From: a virus
Lineage: Duplodnaviria; Caudoviricetes
DNA: 58,143 nt
IMG/VR virus record: IMGVR_UViG_3300014656_000033
Coordinates: 1-58,143 of that record
Reading direction: 5' to 3' (one strand)
The notes under the pieces were generated by a model. The model saw only the letters and a program-made list of their open reading frames with translations. It did not search any database and had not been told where the DNA came from. Of this stretch, positions 18,123 through 27,207 are shown piece after piece. The first letter of the stretch is position 1. Each line of letters starts with the position of its first letter. A program made the position numbers and the translations under genes.

Positions 18123-21100
18123 CAGTATTCATGCCTCCTCGGCCCGCGTCGCCGTTCGCGGCCTGCTTGTTTTACGGTAGCCGTGACTACTTCTTTCTGG
18201 AAATTACCCTTGTCGTTTATCGTCACATCGACGGACAGCCCCGGCCCTTCCGCCGCCATGCGGTGTAAGGCCCCGCCGATGTTGCGGCTACTGAATTGAG
18301 CTAACTGCATCCTCTGAGAGCCGTACAGCGGACGCTCCCCGCCGAATGAGCTTCCATCATATTTCGGGCCTGTCGGTTCTGGCCGGGCTATTCCGGGCTT
18401 CTGGCCTTTGTCGCCGAATAACGACGATAACCCGAATATCAGAGCGCCAGTACCGAGGATACCGCCGAGCCCACCCCCCAGCAGCCCGCCGAAGCCGCCT
18501 CCCTTGCCTCCAGCGCCACCGCTACCCCCGAATATGCCTCCACCCATACCCCCCATCAATCCATCTGCAATCGAATCAGCAATCTTTCGGGTAAATGCCT
18601 GCTTAACCGCATCGGCCAACGCCTTGAACGCGTTTTTCACACTACCACTTTCAATCCCGGCAACGATTGCATCGCTTATAGCATTACGAAAATTGAGATA
18701 TACCTTTTTGGGATAAAGCTCTTTTCTTGTTTGCTCTATGTCGAATATTTCTTCTGGCCTAAGCCCCTTTAGCAGCTGCTGTTTTGTGTATATCTCGTCG
18801 AGTCGCACTTTTATTGCATCAGCTTCATCCTGAGACAACAATGGATCGTTGAGTTGGGCCATTAACTTCCGAATTTCAAACCTATCAATTTCTAACTGCT
18901 TGAGAGAAAGCGTTCTGTCTGTTTCTTCATCGAGATTTTTAAGTTGCGCATCAACCCTTACAAGTTCAGCCTGAGCGATAGCGTTAATTGTATCAATTTC
19001 TGTTTGGTTTTTATCTACTGCATCGGCAGCAGCCTTCTTTAAAATTTCCGACCGCTCTAACTCCAACGCTTTTCTTTTTTGCTCGATATTGTAGGCGGTA
19101 TCCGCAACGGTTAATTCTTCGCGCCGCACACCAGCTTCTATTGAAGCGGCGGAAATACCAGCTTGAGCCCGTCGTAGGGCCTCTGCTTCATCACGCCTGA
19201 GATTAGTTAATTCACGTTGCTTATCAATTAGGTCTGATTTTAATTGCGCTTCCTCAAGTTCTGTTTGTCTAAGTGTTTTTGATTCATCAATCTGTGAATG
19301 TATGGCTTTTATTTCAGCCTGTATTATCTTTTCGCGGTCAACACCAGCGTTGATTAAATCGTTTGCGAGTTGAAGTTGTATTTCTTCTTCCTTGTTGACC
19401 TCGGCGAGATCGCGCTGTTTTTTGCCGAGCTGTGTTTGTAATTTTATTCTTTCTAATATACTGCGATTGAATAAGTCATTGTTTGTTATTTCTCTTTCAA
19501 TTGATTTAATTTCGGCTTCCGCTTTTTTTATTCTGTTGTCACCAGCCGCCGCGAGGTCTTGGGCAAGTGCAATATCAAGTTCGCGCCTCTTTGAAACTTC
19601 TTCCAACTTATCTTTTAGCGTTATAAGCGCAGTGCTTTCAGCCACAATTGATGTTGTGGCTGCTTTTACCGCGTTGGTATAACTTTCTTCTATCCCCTCA
19701 AGCGTTTTTAATTCTGATTCAACCTCGGAGATTTTCTTTTTTAAATCTGTATAACGCTTTTTTTCTTTCTTTTCCGGCTCGGCCTTACCAACGTATTTTG
19801 AATATTCAGCAGACAAATCTGAATATGCCTGCTTGAGCTTATCGATTTCCGGTTTTAATTCACTTTGTTTTTGTGTGTAGATTGATATGTCTTGTTGCGC
19901 TGCGCCCATTAAATCATTATGATTCTGTATTTCCGCATTGAGATTAGCCACTTCGTCTTTTTGGTCGGCGAGCGTGGCGGTTGTTTCACTATATGCTGCT
20001 TGTAAATTATTAAGTATGTCGGCTCGCTGCTTAAATAAATCGTTACTTTCTTTTACGAGCGGGTTTTCTACTTTCAGGGGTTCGACTATGGTTTTGTGTT
20101 CTGTTTCCGTTGTGACATCGGTAGGCGACGGTTCCTTTTTGGCCATCTCGCCGGCGAGTTGAGCTTGAAGGCCCAATAACCGTCTTTCTTTTTCTTTTAT
20201 CAGTTTAGCGGCTTCATTATATTGGCCTTCTAATTCTTGTTTTGATGCACCAACATAACTGGGTATTTCACCGGGCTTGGGGGCTTTGGTTGCGGCTGTG
20301 CGCGGGCCTTTTCCCGGCTCGTATTTTGATACCGACGGCCCTGGTCTTGTAGTCGGCTTTGTTATTTCTTCACGAATGGCCTTCTTTGCGTCTTCTAATT
20401 TGTTGAGCTCATCTTGTATCGTTTCGATTTCAGCACGAACGCCTAACTCTTTTACACTATCAATAAGTTCTTTCTTTCGCGCCTTTAATCCCCGCTGTAG
20501 CTCCTTAAAAGATTTTGCGGCTTCACCACCGATGCCCTCCGCAACAACCCTGTCTATTTCACGTAATTCTTTATTTACTTTTTGGAGTTCTTCTTTTTCT
20601 TTTTCTAATGTGCCTACTGCGGTTTTGGTTGCATTCCACGCATCGAGCGCAGTTCTCGCCTCGTTCTGCATTCCCTCCTTGAATTTTTTGTATCCAGATT
20701 CCCTACCTTTATTCGCTCGCTGCACTTCTTTCATTCCGACATATAAGCCACCCGCTCCACCTATAATAGCACCGGGAACCGCGCCAACCCCAGCTATTCC
20801 AGCGCCAGCCAAAGCGCCTCCAGCAACACCCGCGACCGTATCCCTAAGTATTCTTTGAAAATCACCTTTGCCAAAGTCTGATATTCTTTTTGCAAGCGTG
20901 GCGATTTCTGGGATTAGCGTAACGGAAATATATTCCGCCATCTTTCCAAACGGTGTATTAGACGGCTCGAAGTCTGCGCCCTCTATCGTCTTTAACCATG
21001 CCTCTATCCCTATTCCTATAGACGCGCCAACCTCTGTTAAAAATTCATCCCACCGCGCTTTCATTTTATCAAGATGAAATGACGTTGTGTTTTTCATCTT

Positions 21101-22240
21101 GTCAAAAGCACCATCCCACGCGCCCGCGAAGTCTTTACTAACAGCTATGTTGTCCTCAATAGTCATGCCCCAGTTTTTAAACAGGGAAATAACGGCCATC
21201 ATAGCTTCGCGCTCTGGAAATACCTCAAAGAACTTTGCCGCTGCGGTGGGGCCGGACATTGCCTCTACTTGTACTTTCATTTCCTTAAATACTTCTATGA
21301 TATCTCTATATTCTTTCGTGACTGGATCAACCCAATCAACGCCAAAAGCCTTTTTTAATTTATCCGCCGTTTCCGGCTTAATAAGAGTCGCAAAAACACC
21401 GTTTAAATATGTTGCCGCTCTTTCGGTACTGCCTATTGTTTTTGTAAGTGTTGCAAACAAACCCATCGCCGTTCCATAGGTTTGATTTACACTCGCGGCG
21501 GTTGCTAAAAACATACCGCTGCTTTTAGCAAGTTCTGCATAAGTAATTTTTCCGCGCTCAATGGTTTTGAACTGAATATCAAGAACCTCTGCCGATTTCG
21601 AGGCGGCGATATTCATCGAAGTAAAAACGCCCGTCAATGCTGCGCCCGTAACTTCCATGTCAACAAAACCAGCAACGCTCGCTTTGGCAGCGGTACGAAG
21701 TAAATCCATGTTGCGGCCCGTTTCGCCGAGGTTGGAATAAATATCGTAAAGGGATTTGGATAATTTGACTGCAGACTTCCCAAATTCCTTCGACATTTCA
21801 CGCACTTGATTAGTCATATAGCCAAGCTGCATCTGGCTCTTGCGGGCAATGGTATTTACAAACGCCATCGCCTTTTCAAGTTCGGCAAACTTGCCCACAG
21901 TCTTGGTGATGATATAAATCATCCCGGCCAACGCCGCCGCCGCCGCCATAAAGTGCACCCGCAGATTTTTTACTGCTGTTCCGGCAGCGGCTATTCCGCT
22001 AACCATCTTCGCCTTCGCATCCCGCATCCGGTTCATCCCTGCGACATATGCCCGCTGTGTTGCGGTTGTCTTTGCGAGCGCTGCGCCAAGAGCCTGAACG
22101 GGATTGACAAGTCCTTTAGTCTGAACCCCAGCTTTCTGAGCTGACTTACCCATCAATCCCATTTCTTTACCGATTGCTTTAACGGCCTTAGACGCCATGT
22201 CCTTGGCCTTAATGATGATTCCTAATTCCCTATCAGCCAT
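18122..22240 (-). CDS. tail tape measure protein (TP901-like)
   Basis: 1372 aa helical; IIIKAKDMAS start, TP901-type core, Gly-rich hydrophobic C-terminus. Confidence 0.93.
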   Translation of the reverse strand: MADRELGIIIKAKDMASKAVKAIGKEMGLMGKSAQKAGVQTKGLVNPVQALGAALAKTTATQRAYVAGMNRMRDAKAKMVSGIAAAGTAVKNLRVHFMAAAAALAGMIYIITKTVGKFAELEKAMAFVNTIARKSQMQLGYMTNQVREMSKEFGKSAVKLSKSLYDIYSNLGETGRNMDLLRTAAKASVAGFVDMEVTGAALTGVFTSMNIAASKSAEVLDIQFKTIERGKITYAELAKSSGMFLATAASVNQTYGTAMGLFATLTKTIGSTERAATYLNGVFATLIKPETADKLKKAFGVDWVDPVTKEYRDIIEVFKEMKVQVEAMSGPTAAAKFFEVFPEREAMMAVISLFKNWGMTIEDNIAVSKDFAGAWDGAFDKMKNTTSFHLDKMKARWDEFLTEVGASIGIGIEAWLKTIEGADFEPSNTPFGKMAEYISVTLIPEIATLAKRISDFGKGDFQRILRDTVAGVAGGALAGAGIAGVGAVPGAIIGGAGGLYVGMKEVQRANKGRESGYKKFKEGMQNEARTALDAWNATKTAVGTLEKEKEELQKVNKELREIDRVVAEGIGGEAAKSFKELQRGLKARKKELIDSVKELGVRAEIETIQDELNKLEDAKKAIREEITKPTTRPGPSVSKYEPGKGPRTAATKAPKPGEIPSYVGASKQELEGQYNEAAKLIKEKERRLLGLQAQLAGEMAKKEPSPTDVTTETEHKTIVEPLKVENPLVKESNDLFKQRADILNNLQAAYSETTATLADQKDEVANLNAEIQNHNDLMGAAQQDISIYTQKQSELKPEIDKLKQAYSDLSAEYSKYVGKAEPEKKEKKRYTDLKKKISEVESELKTLEGIEESYTNAVKAATTSIVAESTALITLKDKLEEVSKRRELDIALAQDLAAAGDNRIKKAEAEIKSIEREITNNDLFNRSILERIKLQTQLGKKQRDLAEVNKEEEIQLQLANDLINAGVDREKIIQAEIKAIHSQIDESKTLRQTELEEAQLKSDLIDKQRELTNLRRDEAEALRRAQAGISAASIEAGVRREELTVADTAYNIEQKRKALELERSEILKKAAADAVDKNQTEIDTINAIAQAELVRVDAQLKNLDEETDRTLSLKQLEIDRFEIRKLMAQLNDPLLSQDEADAIKVRLDEIYTKQQLLKGLRPEEIFDIEQTRKELYPKKVYLNFRNAISDAIVAGIESGSVKNAFKALADAVKQAFTRKIADSIADGLMGGMGGGIFGGSGGAGGKGGGFGGLLGGGLGGILGTGALIFGLSSLFGDKGQKPGIARPEPTGPKYDGSSFGGERPLYGSQRMQLAQFSSRNIGGALHRMAAEGPGLSVDVTINDKGNFQKEVVTATVKQAGRERRRGPRRHEY

Positions 22241-22328
22241 ACCAAATCACCCCCTCCCACGTAAAGGTCACAACACCCCGATATACTATCTGTGTAGTTG
22301 TACTTACAGCATTGTACATTCTGCGCCC

Positions 22329-22628
22329 CTAATGTACTTGGTCGCCGCCGCGCTTCGCGCCGCGATCTTTCGATTCCCGCGATAACCTATCAATCTCTAC
22401 ATCATCCATAAATATGTTTGTTTGTTCCATAATGTTGTTAAACTGCTTCCATGTCAGCCGCCCAAATTCCTCTGGCGTGAGGCCATAGCTTTGGCCTCCG
22501 AATCCTCCGAGGCTTCCCGTAAGAAGAAAGAACGAAGTCTGTCCAAAATCTCCGCCGACAGAATGTTCTCCGCTTCCCTCCTGATCCGTGCCAGCTCGTC
22601 CGCAAACCCAAACAGCAAGTTTTTTTTT
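22329..22628 (-). CDS. C-terminal extension of tail assembly chaperone via -1 frameshift (gpGT-like)
   Basis: Open -1 frame after an A9 run; YGLTPEEFGRLTWKQF typical of GT tails. Confidence 0.7.
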   Translation of the reverse strand, partial: KKKLAVWVCGRAGTDQEGSGEHSVGGDFGQTSFFLLTGSLGGFGGQSYGLTPEEFGRLTWKQFNNIMEQTNIFMDDVEIDRLSRESKDRGAKRGGDQVH

Positions 22629-23029
22629 ACCTCGTTTAACTTGCCTTCCTGATATTCCTTGATGTCGATGTCCCTGTTTTCTTCTATCAGCCATTTCTCG
22701 AACGCCCGCCTGTCGGCCATCGGGATGATGCGCCGCGCTAAAGTCCTCGCGGAAAAATCGCTCATCCCGAATAGCCGCCGCAGACGTATATATAAAGATG
22801 GCATGGGAGCGTAACAGAACATCTTCGCAAGTTCCACCAGCCCGTCAATCTGTTTCGGGTCGCCAGCGTCGTCGATAGCCCGTTCAAGAGCCGAATAAAC
22901 AGCGTGAGCAGAATCAACGTGCATCCGCCGCAGAGCGATAGTGCGCCCACCGTAAAGCTGGAATACGCTTTCCGACAATACCAATTCGTCGAACGTCCGT
23001 TTCTTTGCCTTCGGCCCCCAGAATGACAT
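22454..23029 (-). CDS. tail assembly chaperone (gpG-like)
   Basis: Between tail tube and tape measure genes; contains slippery GTA AAA AAA AAC. Confidence 0.75.
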   Translation of the reverse strand: MSFWGPKAKKRTFDELVLSESVFQLYGGRTIALRRMHVDSAHAVYSALERAIDDAGDPKQIDGLVELAKMFCYAPMPSLYIRLRRLFGMSDFSARTLARRIIPMADRRAFEKWLIEENRDIDIKEYQEGKLNEVKKNLLFGFADELARIRREAENILSAEILDRLRSFFLREASEDSEAKAMASRQRNLGG

Positions 23030-23040
23030 TGCGTCCCCCT

Positions 23041-24054
23041 TCAGATGCTGGTCATGGTGTTGTAAATAGAACCCGTCATAAAATACGCCGCAAGTGGATC
23101 GTAGTAGGCGTTGAATGTGATGGTTTCAATCAGGCTCTCGCCGCTTGACTTCTGGTCAGTGATATGGATGAGCGGGAAAAGTAACTGGGTCGTGTAGTAG
23201 AACCCCGTCGCCGCGATCTGGTCGCCAACGAAACGCAGGTCAAGGCTCTTGTATTCCGCGCCGCTGTCCGGCTGGGTCGAATTAGACCAGAACAAATCCC
23301 GCATCGTGGCGTCTTGATACCGCTGTACGAAGGTATTACCCTCGGAACTGCGCCCGTTCTCGCAAGCGAATTGTGTGGTGTAGGCTTGCTGGTTGAGCGT
23401 GGTTATCCCAATAACGCTACGGTCGAGGTTCAAGTCCATCGTTTCGATGCGGTTGTAGAGCACCTGATTTGCGAAGGTCTGCCGGTCGCCGATATAAATG
23501 GCTATATCGTCGAACTTGTAGAGCCGGATCGTGCTGTAAGACGGCGCGGTGGCGTCGCCGGAATCGATCTTGCGGATGATGCGGCCCGTCCATGTCGTGC
23601 TGACCATAACGTGCCCGTCAGAAGTCATTGAAAGCGACAGTGTTTTCAGCCGCATTTCTGACAGCCTGTAATAGTCTACCGTGTCATAGACCTCCCACGT
23701 AAACGAATCCGGCAAGGCATCCTGTGCCGACGTGGTGAACGTGTGTTTGTAGGCCACGCTTGAGCCTTGCTGCGCCGATGAAACCTGCCCTATGATGGCG
23801 AGCAGCGGATACATCCCAACTTCCGGGTTTAGCTTGAAGTTGAGCGGGATGTCGTCAATCGTAATGCGGCCACCGTCTGGCGGATATGCATCCACTATGC
23901 CAAACGCCTCGTCATTCCGCGTAAGCCATGCTTTGGCACATTGTGCGCCGAGGTCACCAGTGAACGGAAAGAATATATCCGGGTCAACCTCTGTTCCGGG
24001 CGTTGCTTCCAGCCCGATTCCGATGTACTGATTTTTTCTAATGTGTTCTGCCAT
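23041..24054 (-). CDS. major tail tube protein
   Basis: GLEATPGT, YKHTFT, SFTWE pattern; synteny. Confidence 0.85.
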   Translation of the reverse strand: MAEHIRKNQYIGIGLEATPGTEVDPDIFFPFTGDLGAQCAKAWLTRNDEAFGIVDAYPPDGGRITIDDIPLNFKLNPEVGMYPLLAIIGQVSSAQQGSSVAYKHTFTTSAQDALPDSFTWEVYDTVDYYRLSEMRLKTLSLSMTSDGHVMVSTTWTGRIIRKIDSGDATAPSYSTIRLYKFDDIAIYIGDRQTFANQVLYNRIETMDLNLDRSVIGITTLNQQAYTTQFACENGRSSEGNTFVQRYQDATMRDLFWSNSTQPDSGAEYKSLDLRFVGDQIAATGFYYTTQLLFPLIHITDQKSSGESLIETITFNAYYDPLAAYFMTGSIYNTMTSI

Positions 24055-24068
24055 GTTCTGTCACCCCC

Positions 24069-24938
24069 TTAATAAACTCGATCAACTGCTTTATCTGAAA
24101 TCCGGTCACGCTGGCTGACCGTGATTATCATTGTTCGGAAAACTTCCTGCCTGTCAGTGACGCCCACGCCCTTGTCGATGGATTCCGGGAACGGGTTTTG
24201 AACCGGCTCCTCGGACAGGTAGCCGCCGAAGCGCGGGTTTTCTATCAACACAATATCGTTTATCCGCTCACGAACGCGCTGCTCTAATATCGCCATCTCC
24301 GCCTGATTGCCTTTTGTTCTCTGAATCATGTTGATAGCAATCTGAAAATCAATAGCGTGGTGGCCCACATCGCTAATATCTTCACCCCAATGCTCCCAGT
24401 CCTTCTGTGATAAAAACACCAGCAACGGCACGTCAGTTGCCGGTACGCGGATATTGGGATATTCCTCGAACCGGAACATATTTATAATCCCGGCAATCGT
24501 GGCATCATCCTCCAGAATCGCCCGCACCTGCCATGCGAATCGCTCGGAACACGGACGCCCCAGCACGTTATACCAACCTTCATCCTGATAAATGTAGGCG
24601 TATGCCCATTTAACTACCGTGACGTTGGATGCGGCTGTCATTTCCGCATAGGTTTTTTGTGAGTACCACGTTTCGAGTTCGCCGCCGGGTGCAACCTCCA
24701 CCAAATAGCAACAAACTTTTACAGAGGCGTCGAGGGTTTTGTTTGTCATATCAGACTCGGCGTCAGTAGCCGTTGTGCCTGACAGCGGGAACCATTTCGC
24801 GGCATCATCGTATTGGGTTTTGTCAGTTACGAAGTCCAGACACCGCGCTGCCGCTACATCCCAATTGGTCGACGTAATGGCGTTCGGCGTGATTCCGTAT
24901 TCTGGTTCTGTTGAGGCTATCCTTCTGATTTCAGGCAT
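24069..24938 (-). CDS. tail terminator/neck protein with extra N-terminal domain
   Basis: Synteny just upstream of tail tube. Confidence 0.5.
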   Translation of the reverse strand: MPEIRRIASTEPEYGITPNAITSTNWDVAAARCLDFVTDKTQYDDAAKWFPLSGTTATDAESDMTNKTLDASVKVCCYLVEVAPGGELETWYSQKTYAEMTAASNVTVVKWAYAYIYQDEGWYNVLGRPCSERFAWQVRAILEDDATIAGIINMFRFEEYPNIRVPATDVPLLVFLSQKDWEHWGEDISDVGHHAIDFQIAINMIQRTKGNQAEMAILEQRVRERINDIVLIENPRFGGYLSEEPVQNPFPESIDKGVGVTDRQEVFRTMIITVSQRDRISDKAVDRVY

Positions 24939-25420
24939 TAGTTACGCTCCCCGTGTATGTATGTGACAAGATTGAGAGTAATTCTTTCCCATTCCTGTTG
25001 AATCAATTTATATTCAACGCGGGCTGACATTTTGTTTGTTCCTTTTTGATGCAGTTCGGCAAGGTAGTATTTTCCCACCTTGAGATTTGAATACATCTGC
25101 ATTTCGAGTCGCCCGATTTTCAGGACGTTATTTGGGTCTCCGCGTTTAATAACACTGCTCCTGAGCGTCCCGGTTCTTACCAAAATGGGATGTAGTGCCG
25201 GAAATCCCATGTTGGCCCGCTGTATTACGGTAGCTGGCTTTAAGGCTTCCCATTTCGGGCGACCCTCGGCTGCAAACGTCAGCTTTGTGGCGTTGTAAAT
25301 GTCCGGCGCTGCCTGCTTATCGAAGTACGGCGCTAAATTAGCGGTGCGTTCAGATACGCCTTTAATTGCCTTCGCCAGAAGTTCTTCGCCGTAAATTTCA
25401 ACCCCAAACTGTAGTAACAT
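24938..25420 (-). CDS. virion morphogenesis protein (Mu gpG-like)
   Basis: FAAEGRPKWEALKPAT, ILVRTGTLRSS, HQKGT..MSAR motifs. Confidence 0.85.
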   Translation of the reverse strand: MLLQFGVEIYGEELLAKAIKGVSERTANLAPYFDKQAAPDIYNATKLTFAAEGRPKWEALKPATVIQRANMGFPALHPILVRTGTLRSSVIKRGDPNNVLKIGRLEMQMYSNLKVGKYYLAELHQKGTNKMSARVEYKLIQQEWERITLNLVTYIHGERN

Positions 25421-25428
25421 CGCTCCCC

Positions 25429-25920
25429 CTATTTACCGCCCTTTTCGTATTCTGTTAAGCCTTTAGCAATCGCGTCGGCCTCGTCTTTACCTATTACCAT
25501 GTCCCGCGTTGCGCGTGGGAACAACGGCTCGACGCCCGACGTGGAGCAGCGCGGCATCCCGGACGCCGTTTTGAGCGTCAGCGGCAACGCTGTTCCGGCA
25601 TCATCCTTGATGGCGTCGTTATCATTGACGCCGCCCAGCCAATCATCCACGAGCTTGCGGAGCCTGTTGGATTCGTCTTTATCGGTTGAGGCCGGGTATG
25701 TGCCGTCAAGGGCCAGCGATGCCGCCATAGCCGCCCACATGCGTTTGAACGCCGCCCACGCTGTCAGTATAGGCACATCGTACTTAGTCATTTTGGCGTA
25801 AAGATAATCGCCTGCCAGCCCGATGCAGTTAGCCATAGCGTCGGCGCTGAGGCTCGCAATATCAGATTCATCGCTGGCTTTTATTACGTCGGCTGCTACT
25901 GGTGTGTTTACCTCTGGCAT
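25429..25920 (-). CDS. head-tail adaptor (Mu gp36-like)
   Basis: DYLYAKMTKYDVP; helical 163 aa; synteny. Confidence 0.6.
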   Translation of the reverse strand: MPEVNTPVAADVIKASDESDIASLSADAMANCIGLAGDYLYAKMTKYDVPILTAWAAFKRMWAAMAASLALDGTYPASTDKDESNRLRKLVDDWLGGVNDNDAIKDDAGTALPLTLKTASGMPRCSTSGVEPLFPRATRDMVIGKDEADAIAKGLTEYEKGGK

Positions 25921-25923
25921 GGT

Positions 25924-27207
25924 TCACCCCACTGTATTTCGAGATTCCATCAACAATGTATAGTGCGGATGGCACGCTATTTTATCGCAATTTGTTTTCG
26001 TTATAAACAAATCCTTTTCAATATTTTCGGGAATTGGTTCTACTGGTTTGAAATACTGTAGTAATATTGGATAGATAGCAACCCCGCCTTCTCCATCCAT
26101 ATAACTCCTCGTGCCAATCAAAAGATATTGGGTAATCTCCGAGAAATCCTTAAGGAAGTCGTGTATGGTGGCTATCGGGATGTGTTGTAAAACCAGAATG
26201 GCAACCACAACATCATATTTGTTACGCTTTATCAATTCCCAATCCGACGTTATTAGTCGAGGCTTTATGCTTGCGTGTTGTTGCGCCATATTTGTCATAT
26301 TGGGCAAATCGTATGCGTCGAATGTTGAAAAGTGTTTTTGCATAAATGGGAAATTCCTACCTATTCCGCAACCAAAATCGAGAGCCGTTTTGCAATCCTT
26401 AATTACATCGAATCTGCTGTCGCCGGAAAGGTCTATCGATTCAAAGCTATCGCCGTTCTTGTAGCTACTTATAATTGCCTTCTTTGCATTTTCAATATCA
26501 TTGAAGCTTGCCCATCTTAAATAACGGCGTTTTTCTTCAGCTTGTATTCTTGTTACGACATCAATTATATTTTTCTTTTCAAATATACTGCTGAGTTGTC
26601 GTTGAGAGCATTGTGTTACAACCGGAAGCCTACCGCTTACGCTCCACGCCTTTGATATTCCTTCCCACGGAGCAATATAATTTATCATGTCTGTTATACA
26701 GGGGCTTTCGTCTTTTCTATTGTGCCAATACCTGTTTTCGCCAACAAGTCCACCATCAAACCCAATAAGAACAATACTATTAAAATTCATTCTGGCGCAC
26801 AAATCAAACACAGCAAGACCAGAGTTTCCGTAAACGAGCGCGTTGGGTTCTGGATGATCGAAGCTTTTCTTTTGACCGTCAAACCACACGTTTATCTTTT
26901 CGAAGGCATCAACGACGTTTTTCTCGATGTGTTCGCGCATACCTTCAGATTGAGCTTGCAACACATATTCCGCATTAACATGCTTGTAAAGGTTGGTTGT
27001 GACATCGATGTTTCCAGATATATCAGCGGATAGCCACATATCTGTTTTTCCAATATATTCAGCAGCGGTATTGATAGATATTGTGACATCAAATAATGAT
27101 TTCCATTCTGGTTTGAAATCCAACAGGGACGGCCCTGACGCAAAAACAACGCACGACCTGTTGTTATATTTCGCTGCATGATCATTTATGAATTCTGATA
27201 GTTGCAT
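25924..27207 (-). CDS. Maf/MptE-like (sialyltransferase-like fold) domain fused to class I SAM methyltransferase
   Basis: ASGPSL, SINTA, GNSG, IVLIGFDG; then ALDFGCGIGRN and VLQHI. Confidence 0.75.
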   Translation of the reverse strand: MQLSEFINDHAAKYNNRSCVVFASGPSLLDFKPEWKSLFDVTISINTAAEYIGKTDMWLSADISGNIDVTTNLYKHVNAEYVLQAQSEGMREHIEKNVVDAFEKINVWFDGQKKSFDHPEPNALVYGNSGLAVFDLCARMNFNSIVLIGFDGGLVGENRYWHNRKDESPCITDMINYIAPWEGISKAWSVSGRLPVVTQCSQRQLSSIFEKKNIIDVVTRIQAEEKRRYLRWASFNDIENAKKAIISSYKNGDSFESIDLSGDSRFDVIKDCKTALDFGCGIGRNFPFMQKHFSTFDAYDLPNMTNMAQQHASIKPRLITSDWELIKRNKYDVVVAILVLQHIPIATIHDFLKDFSEITQYLLIGTRSYMDGEGGVAIYPILLQYFKPVEPIPENIEKDLFITKTNCDKIACHPHYTLLMESRNTVG

